This document shows, piece by piece, positions 37,400 to 51,366 of a DNA stretch of 64,000 nt. Within the stretch, counting starts at the first letter, position 1. Every line of letters begins with the position of its first letter. The translations under genes and the position numbers were made by a program. The notes beneath the pieces are model-generated. The model did no database searches, had not been told where the DNA came from, and saw only the letters and a program-made list of their open reading frames with translations. Origin of the DNA: the human T2T-CHM13v2.0 reference genome, Homo sapiens; assembly GCF_009914755.1 (NCBI RefSeq), contig NC_060932.1. The stretch is one strand, 5' to 3'.

Positions 37400-37819
37400 T
37401 TTAAGTTCCAGAATACTTGTGCAGGACATGCATGTTTGTTACATAGGTAAACGTGTGCCATGGTGGTTTGCTGCACCTATCAACCCATCAGCTAGGTATT
37501 AAGCCCTGCATGCATTAGCCATTTATCCTGATGCCCTCCCTGCCTCCTCCCCACCACAGGCCCCAGTGTGTGCTGTTCCCCTCCCTGTGTCCATGTGGTC
37601 TCATTGTTCAGTTCCCACTTATGAGTGAGAACATGCAGTGTTTGGTTTTCTGTTACTGTGTTAGTTTGCTGAGGATGATGGCTTCCAGCTTCATTCATGT
37701 CCCTGCAAAGGACATGATCTTATTCCTTTTTATGGCTGCATAGTATTCCATGGTGTATATGTACTGCATTTTCTTTATCCATTCTATCATTGATGGGCAT
37801 TTGGGTTGATTCCATGTCT
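37400..37819 (-). mobile_element. L1PA (PA10-13-like) 3' fragment lacking polyA
   Basis: aggtattaagccctgcatgcattagc 3' UTR variant. Confidence 0.9.
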
Positions 37820-37879
37820 AAAAGCAGGTCTCTTTCTAGGGTGTGTATTATCTATCTCTTGGATTCTTTCCATGATAAT

Positions 37880-38485
37880 ACATTTAGAACTAGTTCATTC
37901 TTTTAAATTGCTGCATAATATTATTCCATAATAAAGATGTACTATATTTAACTCTTCATCTATTGATGATTACTCCGGCTGTTCTAGCTCTTCTGCTGTG
38001 ACAAACAGTGCTGCAATGAACATCCTTAGACTGATATTCTTATTGGTGCTTTTTTTTTGTTGGATGGGGTTCTAGGTGGGACAGCTGGCCCTAAAGGTTC
38101 ATTCTTTTTAAAATTTTAATATACACTGGCAGACAGCTTTTCAAACAGATTGTGACAATAGATGAGCATGCAAAAGTCCGCACACTTTTTCAGTCCTTGA
38201 TGTTCACAATCTCCTTAATTTTTGCCAATCTTATAGGTGAAAAAATATAACTATTGTTCTTTAAAATTTGTGATTACCAGAGAACTAGACCTCAAGAATA
38301 TTTCCGTATGTTTATTGAGTATTTCATTTCCTCATAAATGAATCACCTTTGACCATTTTTCTGTCGTATCGTTAATCTTCTCTCTAGTGTATGGGCACTC
38401 TGTATACATTAGGCATATGAACTCTTTATATAGGTACTGCATATTTTTCCTCCCATTTTATCATGTGCCTTTTGACTTTGTTTTT
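37880..38485 (-). mobile_element. Ancient L1M fragment
   Basis: acaaacagtgctgcaatgaacatcctt...tttttgccaatct.ataggtgaaaaa. Confidence 0.75.
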
Positions 38486-38494
38486 GGAGTCACC

Positions 38495-39115
38495 AAAAGG
38501 TTTTCAGCAAGGGAGTAACAGATTGTATTTCCATTTCTGAAAGTCCATTCTGCAAGCACGTGGAAGATTGATGGAAAGGAACACAATTAGCAGGGCAACT
38601 ATTAGGAGTTTGTAGGAGGGCACTATTCCAGGAAGTGAATGGCGAGGGACTGAATTAAGTCAGTGGCAGTGGGAAATGTGAGGGAAAATTGATTTGTAAC
38701 TGTGAAGAAAATGTATATGACTTTGTGACTGATTGAATGGAGGTTGCAAGGGAAATTGAGGTTGACTTTCAGGTTACTGACCCAGGTGAGTAGGGGGCTG
38801 TTGGTGGCACTTACTGAGAGGGCATGTGAGAATGGAGGTATGAAGTTTGGATTTGAATAGGAGTTTGGGGTATTTAAGGGATGTCTAAGTAGAGAGGCTC
38901 AATAAGCTGTTGGGTCTTGGGGTGTAGCACACAGGAGAATGGGCTGGGCTGAGGAGCAGGTGCGAGGACGTGGCAGTTCACAGATGGTGACTGCAGATAT
39001 GGAGTGAGTGAAGCTGCTCTGAAGGAATGCAGTTTCTGTGGGGTGCAGGGGTCTGAAGAGGAAGGCTGTGAGCATCCACATTTGTAGAGTTCACTGAGAA
39101 AATGAGCTGGTAATG
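38495..39115 (-). mobile_element. L2 body fragment
   Basis: ggttttcagcaagggagtaaca...tgactgattgaatgg...gctgggctgaggag. Confidence 0.65.
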
Positions 39116-40086
39116 AAGGCTCTTTCTTGGCTTGAGGCCGCAGACGGCAGCCTACACTCACCAGCAACAGAGGGGCCCTCAGTGGGCAGCTGTTTGCCCT
39201 GGTGTGGGGCATTCAGTCTGAGAAGAGGGCTGTGATGGGAGTCCCACCCCATCTCCTGCAGACAATTCTCTCCGTTCCCCTCTTCCCTGCCTGCAGCCTC
39301 AGTAGGATCCAGGGATTCTCCCAGTTTTTCTCTTACTGAAGGCTGCAGTCCTGAAGTCTCACTGCCACCATTTCTTTGCTTCCCCCTGCTTTAGGCTGAG
39401 GCCAATGCACCCCACCATCTGTGTTTCTCTCTCTTCACATTCTCCAGGGAGCCTAGGTCTCTCTTTGACCCCCATTGCCAAGCTCAATTTACCATTTCAG
39501 TCAGAGGTGGTGGAATCTTTCACTAGCTCGCTACAGCTTAATTTATGCCAAGGAAGTGAAATGAATTCTTCTTAATGAAGTTCCAGTGAATGAGCTCACC
39601 CCACATTTGGCTTTTGATTTAAAAGACCACTCCAAGATCTTGTCTGTCCTCCAAATACCAGAACACTGGCTCCTGTCCATATGGGAATATTTGTTTTGTA
39701 AACTAGATTGATATGCAGTAATTTCAAAAAATTATTTATACCTAATTTTTGTCCAATGGAATGAAAGGAGTTCTAGGCTGCACAGAAAGATAAGACATCA
39801 GCATTTGTCTCTATTGATAGTGACACAGGTTTACAGAAGGACTTATGAACATAGACATGATCTAAGAAGCCAACGTTTATGGAAGAACAACACACGCTAT
39901 GTAAAACACCTGGTGCCTTAAACAGGAATCTGATACTTTCTCATTTATCCAAATGTGACTTGGCAATTAACTCATAGTCTCTGGCTCAGTGGCTGTTTGT
40001 CTCTTCACTTTGATGCAATGCAAATTTGGCACAAATCTAGGGCCATCCATAGTTGAAACTGCCATTGCCAGTGAGTCATAACCATT

Positions 40087-40260
40087 GAATGTTATGGTTG
40101 GAAGTGGCTTTAGAGATCATCTACGCCAACTCCCTCATTTTTCAGATGAGGAAACTGAGAGTAGAAACTTGCCTAGGATCATATGACCAGCTGACATCAC
40201 TGGATGTAGCCTGGGTTTCCCTGATCTCCAGTCCTGTGGAGCTAGTACACCACCACACTG
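40087..40260 (-). mobile_element. MIR3
   Basis: ttagagatcatcta..ccaactccctcatttttcagatgaggaaactgag. Confidence 0.85.
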
Positions 40261-40375
40261 TTGTTACTTAGTGGTAGTCAGGAATGGGTGGCTTGTGTGT
40301 TTGGGTGGCTGTTGACCCTTCCTGTCCTTGATTTACCTCTCCCCATCCCCAGTGTCTCCAAATTAACATACAAGT

Positions 40376-40765
40376 TGCTGTGGTTTGAATGTCCCCTCTA
40401 AAACTCATGTTGAAATTTAATTGCCATTGTGATGATATTAAGAAGTAGGACCATTAAGAGGTGAACAGGCCACGAGGCCTCTGCCCTCATGAATGAATTC
40501 ATGTCATTATTGTGGGAGAGGTTTGTCATCCAGACAGTAGGTTATTAAGAAAAGCGAGTTTGGTCTTCTCTTGCTTTTGCGCATACTGTTTTGGCCTTCT
40601 GCCTTCTGCCATGAGGTGACACAGGAAAAAGGCCTTTGCCAGATGCAGAGCCCTTGACTTTGGACTTCACAGCCTCCATAACTGTAAGAAATAAATTTTT
40701 GTTTTTTTTAATAAATTACCCAGTCTCAGGTATTCTGTTAGAGCAGCACTAAATGGATGAAGACG
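40376..40765 (+). mobile_element. MSTB-type solo LTR (MaLR)
   Basis: tgctgtggtttgaatgtcccc...aaattacccagtctcaggtattctgtt; perfect 5-bp TSD caagt. Confidence 0.93.
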
Positions 40766-40994
40766 CAAGTACAACTGTGCCTTTGCTAAGCAAACTTAGC
40801 CTTAGACAAGGCCTCTGACTTCCCCTCCAAGAAGATGGATACTTGTAAGCTCCTCCATATAGAAATTATGTAGCTATCACTGACTTGGGCTATGAGGATT
40901 TGAATGATGAATCTGGCAGCAATGCAAAGGATACATTAGGAGTGAAGAGAAGTGTATAATATACCAGACATTAAATAATAAAGAAGGACAGTGA

Positions 40995-41391
<397 letters not shown>

Positions 41392-42423
41392 TAGGGGGGT
41401 TGTTTTTTAAAAATATTTTCCCCATTTATACTGAACTGATTAATGAACTGAGTAATAATAATGGCCAGGAAAAAAAAAGTGAAATTTTATTTTGTTGATG
41501 TTTGTGTATATAATCATGCCAATGAAAATATAAAATAAATATTATAGTACAAAAAGGAAAAAGTAATAAATGAATACTTTTAACATATTAATGTGTTTTT
41601 TTGAGAAAAGGGAAAAATCCTTAGTCAGAAACAGTAATGAATAATAATATTACAGTTTGTTATTGAAACTTCTGCAAATTTGTCAATGACAAATTTATCT
41701 TCTTTGCATATTCATGTTCAATAGGCACTATGGCCAGATTCATCAACTTATCTTCACTCACAGCTGATGGAAAGAAAACTTTCTATTAATTTCAATGATT
41801 TTTTTATGTAAGGCAACAAATATATAAATAGGAAAAGTCTCATACGTAACCAAGTTTGATAGAGAGTCACAAAGATCTTAATCATAATATTCCAGAAATT
41901 GTAATACTGGTCGTGTCTTTTTTAAAGGCACATTTCTAGTGTCTTTCAGATATCTCTCAGAAGAAACATTTCCATTAAATTACTTTCACTAGAAAATTCA
42001 TTAGAAATCTCTATTATTTCTGGTAAGAATTTCCAACGTTTTAATTCTTAAGCAAAATATCATTTAAAAAATGGCTGAATGACAGAGAATATTGACATTT
42101 TTTGATTCATGATTTTAGAACTAGTGCCCAGGTCTTGGAGAAAACATTTAAGGGATTCACATATTGCCTTTTAATTGCTTTTGGCAATGTAAGACCAGCA
42201 TCTTTTGTGGTTTCTTCTGGCATCCTTCAAAATTTGATTCTTTTTTCTAGGAAATGTAAGGAAATTCATTTACTTACATTTTAATGTTGCATAGTAAATG
42301 GCCCTCTCTACTATCTATGTGAGTTGATCTAAAGGATCAGTTTCAAAACTTGCTGTCTTGCTATACATTGTTCAAGGTGGATTCTGGTTGTTTGGAAATA
42401 TTTTTGTATCTGATTAATCTCAT

Positions 42424-44718
42424 TGTATTAGTCCACTTTCATGCTGCTGATAAAGACATACCTGAAACTGGGCAATTTACAAGAGAAAGAGGTTTAATTG
42501 GACTCACAGTTCCATGTGGCTGGGGAGACCTCATAATCATGGCAGAAGGCAAGGAGGAGCAAGTCATGTCTTATATGATAACAGCAGGCAAAAAGAGAGC
42601 TTGTGCAGGGAAACTCTCATTTTTAAAACCATCAGATCTTGTGAGACTTACTGTCACAAGAACAGTGCAGGAAAGACCCAACCCCATAATTCAATCACCT
42701 CCCACCAGATTCCTCCCATGACATGTGAGAATTATGGGAGTTACAAGTCAAGATGAGATTTGGGTAGGGACACAGCCAAACCATATCATTCCACCCCAGC
42801 CCCTCCCAAATCTCATGACCTCATATTTCAAAACCAATCATGCCTTCCCAACAGTCCCCCAAAGTCTTAACTCATTTCAGCATTAACTCAGAAGTCCACA
42901 GTCCAAAGTCCCATTTGAGACAAGGAAAGTCCCTTCTGCCTATGAACCTGTAAAAGCAAAAGCAAGCTAGTTACTTCCTAGATACAATGGGGTACAGGTA
43001 TTGGGTAAATACAGCTGTTCCAAATGGGAGAAACTGGCAAAAGCAAAGGGGCTGCAGGCCCCATGCAAGTCCAAAATCCACTGGGGCAGTCAAATCTTAA
43101 AGTTCCAAAATGATCTCCTTTGACTCCATGTGTCACATCCAGGTCATGGTGATTCCCACCAAGAGGTGGATTCCCATGGTCTTGGGCAGCTCCACCCCTG
43201 TGGCTTTGCAGGGTACAGCCTCCCTCCTGGATGCTCTCATGGGCTGGTATTGAGTGTTTGCAGCTTTTCCAGTTGCATGGTGCAAGCTGTCAGTGGGTCT
43301 ACCATTCTGGAGTCTGATGGTCCTCTTCTCATAGCTCCACTAGGTGGTGCCCCAGTAGGGACTCTGTATGGGGGCTCCAACCCCACATTTCCCTTCTGCA
43401 CTGCCCTAGCAGAGGTTCTCCATGAGAGTCTTACCCCTGCAGCAAACTTCTACCTGGACATCCAGGCATTTCCATACATCCTATGAAATCTAGGCGGAGG
43501 TTCCAAAAACCTCAATTCTTGACTTCTGTGCACTTGCAGGCTCAACACCACATGGAAGCTGCCAAGGTTTGGGACTTGCACCCTCTGAAGCCATGGCCTG
43601 TGCTCTATATTAGCCCCTTTTAGCCACAGCTGGAGTAGCTGGGACACAGGGCACCAAGTCCCTAGGCTACACATAGATAAGGACCCTGGGCCTGGCCCAT
43701 GAAACCATTCTTTTACTCCTAGGCCTCCGGCCGGTGATGGGACGGTCTGCCGTTGCCTCTGACATACACTGGAGACATTTTCCCCTTTGTCTTGGGGATT
43801 AACATTTGGCTCCTTGTTACTTATGCAAATTTCTGCAGCCAGCTTGAATTTCTCCTCAGAAAATGGGATTTTCTTTTCTATCACATTGTCAGGCTGCAAA
43901 TTTTCCAAACTTTTATGCTCAGCTTCCCTTATAAAACTGAATGCCTTTAACAGCCCCCAAGTCACCTCTTGAATGCTTTGCTGCTTAGAAATTTCTTCTG
44001 CCAAATACCCTACATCATCTCTCTCAAGTTCAAAGTTCTAGAAATCTCTAGGGCAGGGGTAAAATGCCACCAGTCTCTTTGCTAAAACATAACAAGAGTC
44101 ACCTTTGCTTCAGTTCCCAACAAGTTCCTCGTCTCCATCTGAGAATTACCTCAGCCTGGACCTTATTGTCCATATTGCTATCAGCATTTTGGGCAAAGCC
44201 ATTCAACAAGTCTGTAGAAAGTTTCAAACTTTCCCACATTTTCCTGTCTTTTTCTGAGCCCTCCAAACTGTTCCAACCTCTCCCTGTAACCCAGTTGCCA
44301 AGTCACTTCCACATTTTCGGGTATCTTTTAAGCAGCATCCCGCTCTACTGGTACCAATTTACTGTACTAGTCCGTTTTCACACTGCTGATAAAGACATAC
44401 CTGAGACTGGGCAGAAAAAGAGGTTTAATGAACTTACAGTTCCATGTGGCTGGGGAGGCCTCACAATCATGGAAGGCAAGGAAGAGCAAGTCATGTCTTA
44501 CATGGATGGCAGCAGGCAAAAAGAGAGCTTGTGCAGGGAAACTTCCATTTTTAAAACCATCAGACCTTGTGAGACTTATTCACCATCACGAGAACAGTGC
44601 AGGAAAGACCAACCCCCATAATTCAATCACCACCCACCAGGATCCTCTCGTGACGTGGAAATTGTGGGAGTTACAATTCAAGATGAGATTTGGGTGGGGA
44701 CACAGCCAAACCACATCA
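42424..44718 (-). mobile_element. Full-length THE1 (C-like) MaLR provirus: LTR 42424-42788, internal 42789-44362, LTR 44363-44718
   Basis: Two direct LTRs, ~1.6 kb THE1-int, perfect 5-bp TSD ctcat at 42419-42423 and 44719-44723. Confidence 0.96.
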
Positions 44719-45784
44719 CTCATCCAAAGCTTCACAACAGAAATAAAAAAAAATTACTTGGAAAAGAAAAATAATTATATAAAGGAAAGAATAAAACTTG
44801 AGCTGATCTTTTTGTGCCACATTTTCTTTTAGATTGCATAGTACTTCAAAGGTTGACATTAACTTCACGAAATTTGTCATTCCTGTGGACACAGCTTCAT
44901 CTTGTCTGGAAAAGCTTTCTCATAGTTATACCTACATTACACAGAATTTTCCAACAACAAGGTGATACTGAAGTGAATGAACTACTCTTGCTTGAAGTTC
45001 CAAAAAAGTAAGAACTTTACGTAGTCACACAGAATGTCAAATTGAAGTATTTCAAGCTCTATTTCTGTGCCTTCACAATCACTGTGCTATTATTGTTTGT
45101 TTTGAATCTACTGAATAAATACAGGAATATGTAGAACTACAGGGCTGGAGAGCTGAATTGTACCCAAAGTGAGCTTGAAAGATTCTGAACTATGACCAAC
45201 CTACTCTCCAAACAAATGTGTGTCACTGAGTCTGCATGCGTTGAGGTTTGGCTGTATAACTAGGAGTTTTCTGAATTAACCTTCGTGCATAAGATAATAT
45301 TAAATAACAAATGAAAATGTGCTAATTTGAGGCTTGCATATTAGTGTTAAAATTAAATGGAAATTGTAATAATTGTTTAGAACTTAGACCAACTAAGGAT
45401 TTTTTTTAGGAAACAGTAGGTTCTCATTGACATTGTTTAGAATTGCCAGCACATGGTGATAATAAAAAGCAGATCGACTTTTTAGTCAGTTTTATTACTG
45501 TTTTTACATCCTCTACAGAAAATGTTCCCAGTGCACCAGTTAGATACACTTGCTTTTTGCATGCCACTGCCAGTGTTCATTCTGATTCTGATTATTGGAA
45601 GGTGCCTATGTAGCTGGATGTCTTTGTCCTCCCATTTCTGTTCTTATCTTGCCCTTTAGAGATCATGCCTATCCCCAACCCTTTCTTTTACTTCCATGAA
45701 GACGTGGCAGGAAAGGAGAAAGAAGATCAGGGTGTCATGGCAGATAAAGCAGTTACTCCATATACTACCTTCCTCCTTGTCCGT

Positions 45785-45895
45785 TGCTCTTCTCTGTAAC
45801 AACTAAAAGTGTCAAGATAAAGTGGGTTAATGCAAGTATCATATTTAGAACTACATTTAGCACATAGTAAGTACTTAACCAATACTGGCAATTAC
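45785..45895 (+). mobile_element. MIR 3' fragment
   Basis: gcacatagtaagtacttaaccaata. Confidence 0.55.
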
Positions 45896-47436
45896 TTGCA
45901 GATAATCAGAATGAGAGTTAGGCCATCTGGTTATAGCAGGTCCCTGAAATGGGGGCATCATTAGACTTAGATCCTTCCTTATGCCCTCTCTTCACATGAC
46001 TCTTTTGAGTGCTAGGAGACTGAGTCTTCTGCAGAAGTTACCTTCTCTACTATGTCGAAGGAATCATGCTTCTGTATGTGACAGTCAGGCATTTTAGAGA
46101 GGAGACATTGCAATCATGCACACTGGACATTGTCATCCTGGTGTGGCACCAGCTTTGGAATTGAGTCCTGGGTCATTAAGGTTTCTCATCAGATACCTTC
46201 ATCACCAACACATATTCAGAGAGCCCAGTGTGAAAATGGGGACTTGTGCTTCCCTCAGATTTGCCTTGGTAGATGAGTATTACGTTGAAGGAAATAAAAT
46301 CATGCCATCCAAAGAGAATTGCCTAATAAGGTTAGGGGCTCTTCACTCATTTTAAAAATAAAACATAATTTACATTACAAAGAGAATACAGATATTAGTG
46401 TTTTCTATGTGTTTTGAAAGTTCTATACACTAATTTCCCACTTAAAGCAAGTTAGCTAATATTTCTGTCACAGCTGAAAGTTCCTTCATTATTTGTTCAT
46501 TTTAAAACTGGATCCATGTCTTCAGACCTTGGCTACTGTACAAGAGGTCTAGGGCAAAAAGAGATAGTGGAACTGGGCTGGGCAGGAGCAGGTAGTGGTG
46601 TGATGTGTGGTATCTTGGCCCACAGAAGAATGCTAAAGACTGCCCTGACAGGTGAGTTCATCAATGGCCCTTATAATTAAGGAGAAGAATTTACTCCAAA
46701 AAACAAAACAAAACCCCACCACCACCACCAACAAAAACTCAGCTAAACTAGGAAGAGTAAGAAATAAGGAATCTTAATTAGATGTAGCATTTCCATTGGT
46801 GTCAAAGAAATATCTTCATGATCTCTTTCCAGAATGGGTAGTTTGAGCTCTCAGTCTTCCAGATTATGTAAAGAAGCAGTACATAAATATCACTCCATCT
46901 CTGTCCCTGGCTTGTTTATTCAACTCTTGACCTGAGCTTTAGGAGGCAAATGTTTGGTGGCTACTAATGGACCAGTAGAGCAGAGGCAGCATTTGAGAAG
47001 AGCTCAGGCTCCTTCCATGACACTTGTTACCCACCAAAAAGCTAAATGATCTCAGAATGTTTCTAATCCATGCTGATTATGATAAATCCCTATTGCCAAA
47101 CGAAGTCATGAAACACTGATTCAAAGGAAAACCAGCCCCATGCTGCTTGCTTGTGTATCAGTGAACTGCTCAGCACCTTCTCTTTCCATGTCTTATTTTT
47201 TATATGTTTGACCATGTTGATGTTATACAGCTGTGAAATTGTGTAATCTGCATTTATGTAACCCTTGTTACTTGAATCTGAACTAAGAGGATGTTCTATT
47301 TTGCCAAAAACTCTCGGCTAGCTTAAATGCAATGAAATAACACCACACTATTAACACCTTATGTGCTATGAGAAACTTCACATTTAGTAGCCCAAAGGTT
47401 AAGGTTTGGACTTCCAAACCTTACAGTGTTGGAGTT

Positions 47437-47456
47437 GTGTGTGTGTGTGTGTGTGT
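47437..47456. repeat. (TG)10 microsatellite
   Basis: Direct read. Confidence 0.95.
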
Positions 47457-48561
47457 ATAGCAACTCATCTTTTATTTTTAAGGGAGTGCTCACTTGAGAG
47501 TGCAGCAATCACTTAGATTTATACAGAGCTATTTAGGAGAAAAGTCAATGTGAGCAAGTTAAGCTGTTCCTCCAGTTTACCAGCAGGTTCATCAAAGCAT
47601 TAACTGGAGGAAATTCTGACTGGGTAAGCAACGGTGGATTAAAAGGGCTGGTAAAAAGATCTAGACTAGAGGATACTTCTCCGGGTGGTGATCTTGCTTC
47701 AGTTCAAGGTTAATTATGAAAGTAGTTTCAAAAATCTAGAATTATTTTGAAAGGGAAGAGCAAACTCAGAGTTGGGTGTCTATACAAGGTATCATCCCTG
47801 GAGAGTTCCCTATAGAGGCAGAGGAGCCTCAGATCCAAAGCAGGCAGACAATTGAACAGGAAGCCTGACACAATGTACTCCCATGTCTTGGGCAAGATTT
47901 GCAACCATCACGTTTTACCCCCTGATTAGAATGGGAAGAAAAATACCATGTTGCTTCCAAGGTTAGCCACTTGGGACAGGCAGATGTGAGCGAAGGGCAA
48001 GGTTAAGTGCTAAAAGTGGCGGGGGGCGGTGGTGGGGGCGCGGTACTTGGTGTGTCATGATTGTAAGACAACTCATTTTTCCACAAATGAAAAAAAGTCC
48101 ATGTTGTCTTCTCTCCCTTAACATGAGAATGAAGTGCTTCCGACTCAGGAGTGATTGTTTGCAGGATAGATAGAGAATAAGTGTGCAGGGCCAGCTGGAA
48201 GCAGCACTGTGAGATTACTTAGATGTGCTTTCAGGCATGGGAAGGATACCTCCAAGACAAGGCAGGACAGCTACTGCCTGAGGTTAATGTTTTTAGGATT
48301 TTAGACTACTTTACAAGTTGAGTTTGTATTGTTTGTGAATCTTCATTTCCGTGTGGGTGCTTTTTCTGCAATTAGAGGGTTCTAACGCCAGATGGCACCT
48401 TTGTTATAAGGTCTGAAGAACTGGAATTCTCATGTAATATATGAGTGTGTATGTGTGTATAAATGTATTTATGCACCCTTAGTGTATGTATATTTACATA
48501 TGTATATGCATATATGTGTGTGCATATACTTTATGTAATACATGATGGCTTTACAAAAATT

Positions 48562-48810
48562 TAACATGGTGGCAAAAGAGGATAGACTCTGGATCTTGAC
48601 TGTGTGGAATCAAAGCCCAGCTCTGTTATCTATTAGCCCTGATGATTTTGGAAAGTTATGTAATCTGCCTGCAAAGCAGTTTCCTCATTTGTAAAATGCG
48701 GTTAATAATAGAGCCTATTTCATAGGGTTGTGAGAGTTAAATGAGTTAATATATTTAAATGCTTTGCATAGTGCCTGGTATATGATAACTACATAAATGT
48801 TAACTCTTAT
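48562..48810 (+). mobile_element. MIR (near full length)
   Basis: cagtttcctcatttgtaaaatg...catagggttgtgagagttaaatgagttaat. Confidence 0.88.
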
Positions 48811-48839
48811 TTACATAATTTATTCCAAAGTTGATCTGT

Positions 48840-49169
<330 letters not shown>

Positions 49170-49648
49170 TTATCCTCCCAAAAGCAATTCCTCCCTGGTG
49201 TGTGGCAGCCATAGGATGTGGGGGAGGAGTCTGTCCTCTTACCCACAAATACAAGTAAGGGCCCTGATTTATACAATCTAATTAGGAGAATCCCTAGTGA
49301 CTGGTCCAGGTAATCCAGATGTAAGTCAATCAGTAGATGGCATTTTCCTGAACAATGGAATTTATGCAGTTGTAAGAAGGGGTGTTGACCTAGGTAATCC
49401 CAACAAAATGTGAGTGGAGGTTTTCTGGAGCTTTGGGGAAATAAGGTGTCTTGTGATATATTGATGCAAACCCTGAGCTGCTAAGTTCTTGCTACTACAT
49501 GGGAGGCAAACTGAAGATGTTGCTGATTTCATACAGGAAGAATAGAGAGACCAAAGAAAGCCAACCCTTGAAGATATTATGAAACTGTTGGCAGGGCAGG
49601 TCCTGAGACCCATACAGTCCTTCTTGATACAAGATCAAAATACATATC

Positions 49649-50058
49649 TATATTAGCCTGTTCTTGCACTGCTATAAATAAATATCTGAGACTGGGTAAT
49701 TTATAAAGAAAACAGGTTTAATTGACTCACAGTTCTGCAGGCTGTGCAGGAAGGATGGCAGCATCTGCCTCTGGGGAGGACTCAGGGAGCTTTTACTCAT
49801 GGCAAAGGCAAAGTGGAAGCAGGTGTCTTACATGGCAGAAGCAGGACCAAGAGGGTCGAGGGAGGTGATACAGACTTTTAAACAACCAGATCTCCCGAGA
49901 ACTCTATCACTATACAGTATTAAGGGGGAATGGTGCTAAACCATTCATGAGAACTCTGCCTCTGTGATCCAATCACCTCCCACCAGGCCCTACCTCCAGC
50001 ATTGGGGATTACATTTCAGCGTGAGATTTGGGTGGGGACACAGATCCAAACCATATCA
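49649..50058 (-). mobile_element. MSTA solo LTR (MaLR)
   Basis: tattagcctgttcttgcactgctataaa...cagatccaaaccatatca; perfect TSD atatc. Confidence 0.93.
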
Positions 50059-50163
50059 ATATCTTTATTAAAATCGCTGAATCAGGCCATTACTAGTAAT
50101 TACTAATCCTGTAAGATGATATAATATGAAAGTAGAAAAAAATGCAAAATTCCCAGACCCTTC

Positions 50164-50535
<372 letters not shown>

Positions 50536-50919
50536 TAGAGCTTCAGAGAACATGCTTCGGTTCTTTGAGCTCACCGATTTAATTCTGTGTTGAAATAATG
50601 ATGTTTATCTGCAACATAGCTCTGAATTTGTAATTGAAATCTCTGGTGCTATAGCCTCCTTATAGCCCTGTCCCTAGCTTGATTTTTAGACCTTCTCTCT
50701 CAGATAGAATAAACTTCTGGAAAGGAGGGGAAGTTAAGAACAACATAGTGCAGTTTTCCCCAAACAAGAAAACAACTTCTACTAGCTAATGGTTGTTATG
50801 TTAGAAACAAAACTAAGCCATAAAGTTTTTGTGGTCAAAGTAGTTTAGAAAAAATTGGGTTTAATATATGTAATTATGCTTTTTTAATTGCAATATCTTT
50901 CAGACATCTGAAAAGTAAA

Positions 50920-51366
50920 ACATTTTATTTGCTATAATAAATATTGTAAAATTAAACAACATGAAATCTCAGTGGCTTAACATACTAAGATGTATTTCTA
51001 GTTCATGACATGATCCAGTGCTAGGGTTCTTGCTTAGGAGGCTGCCTATAAGAGGTCATCTATAAAGCCAGACTTCATTCATTGGAATTTCATCATCCTC
51101 AGCAGTAGCTCCCAAAGTCACCCTAGGTTTATATCCATTCTAGACAGCTGGAAAAAACAAAGAGCAGGGAAGATGGTACACGGAAGGTTTTTAATAGACC
51201 AGGCCAGAAAGTGGTGCACATGATTTCTATGCAGAAGTCACATCTCCTCGGCCAGATTCAGTCATATGGCCATACCTAACTGCAATGAATACTGGGAAAT
51301 GTGATCTGGATAGATGCCTAGGAGGACAAGGAAATGGATTGTAGCAAACACATAGTCTCTGCCACA
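50920..51366 (-). mobile_element. MLT1 (H/I/J-type) LTR
   Basis: aaatctcagtggcttaaca...agtcatatggccatacctaactgcaa...tgggaaatgtg...tagtctctgccaca. Confidence 0.75.

Noticed and set aside
29014-37819. Similarity among 29.0-29.5 kb, 36.5-36.95 kb and 37.4-37.8 kb as a local duplication
   Set aside because: These are independent L1PA 3' ends with different subfamily variants; one has its own TSD.
43450-44621. 184-aa and 185-aa ORFs
   Set aside because: They lie within the THE1 internal region and LTR; decayed MaLR sequence, not host genes.
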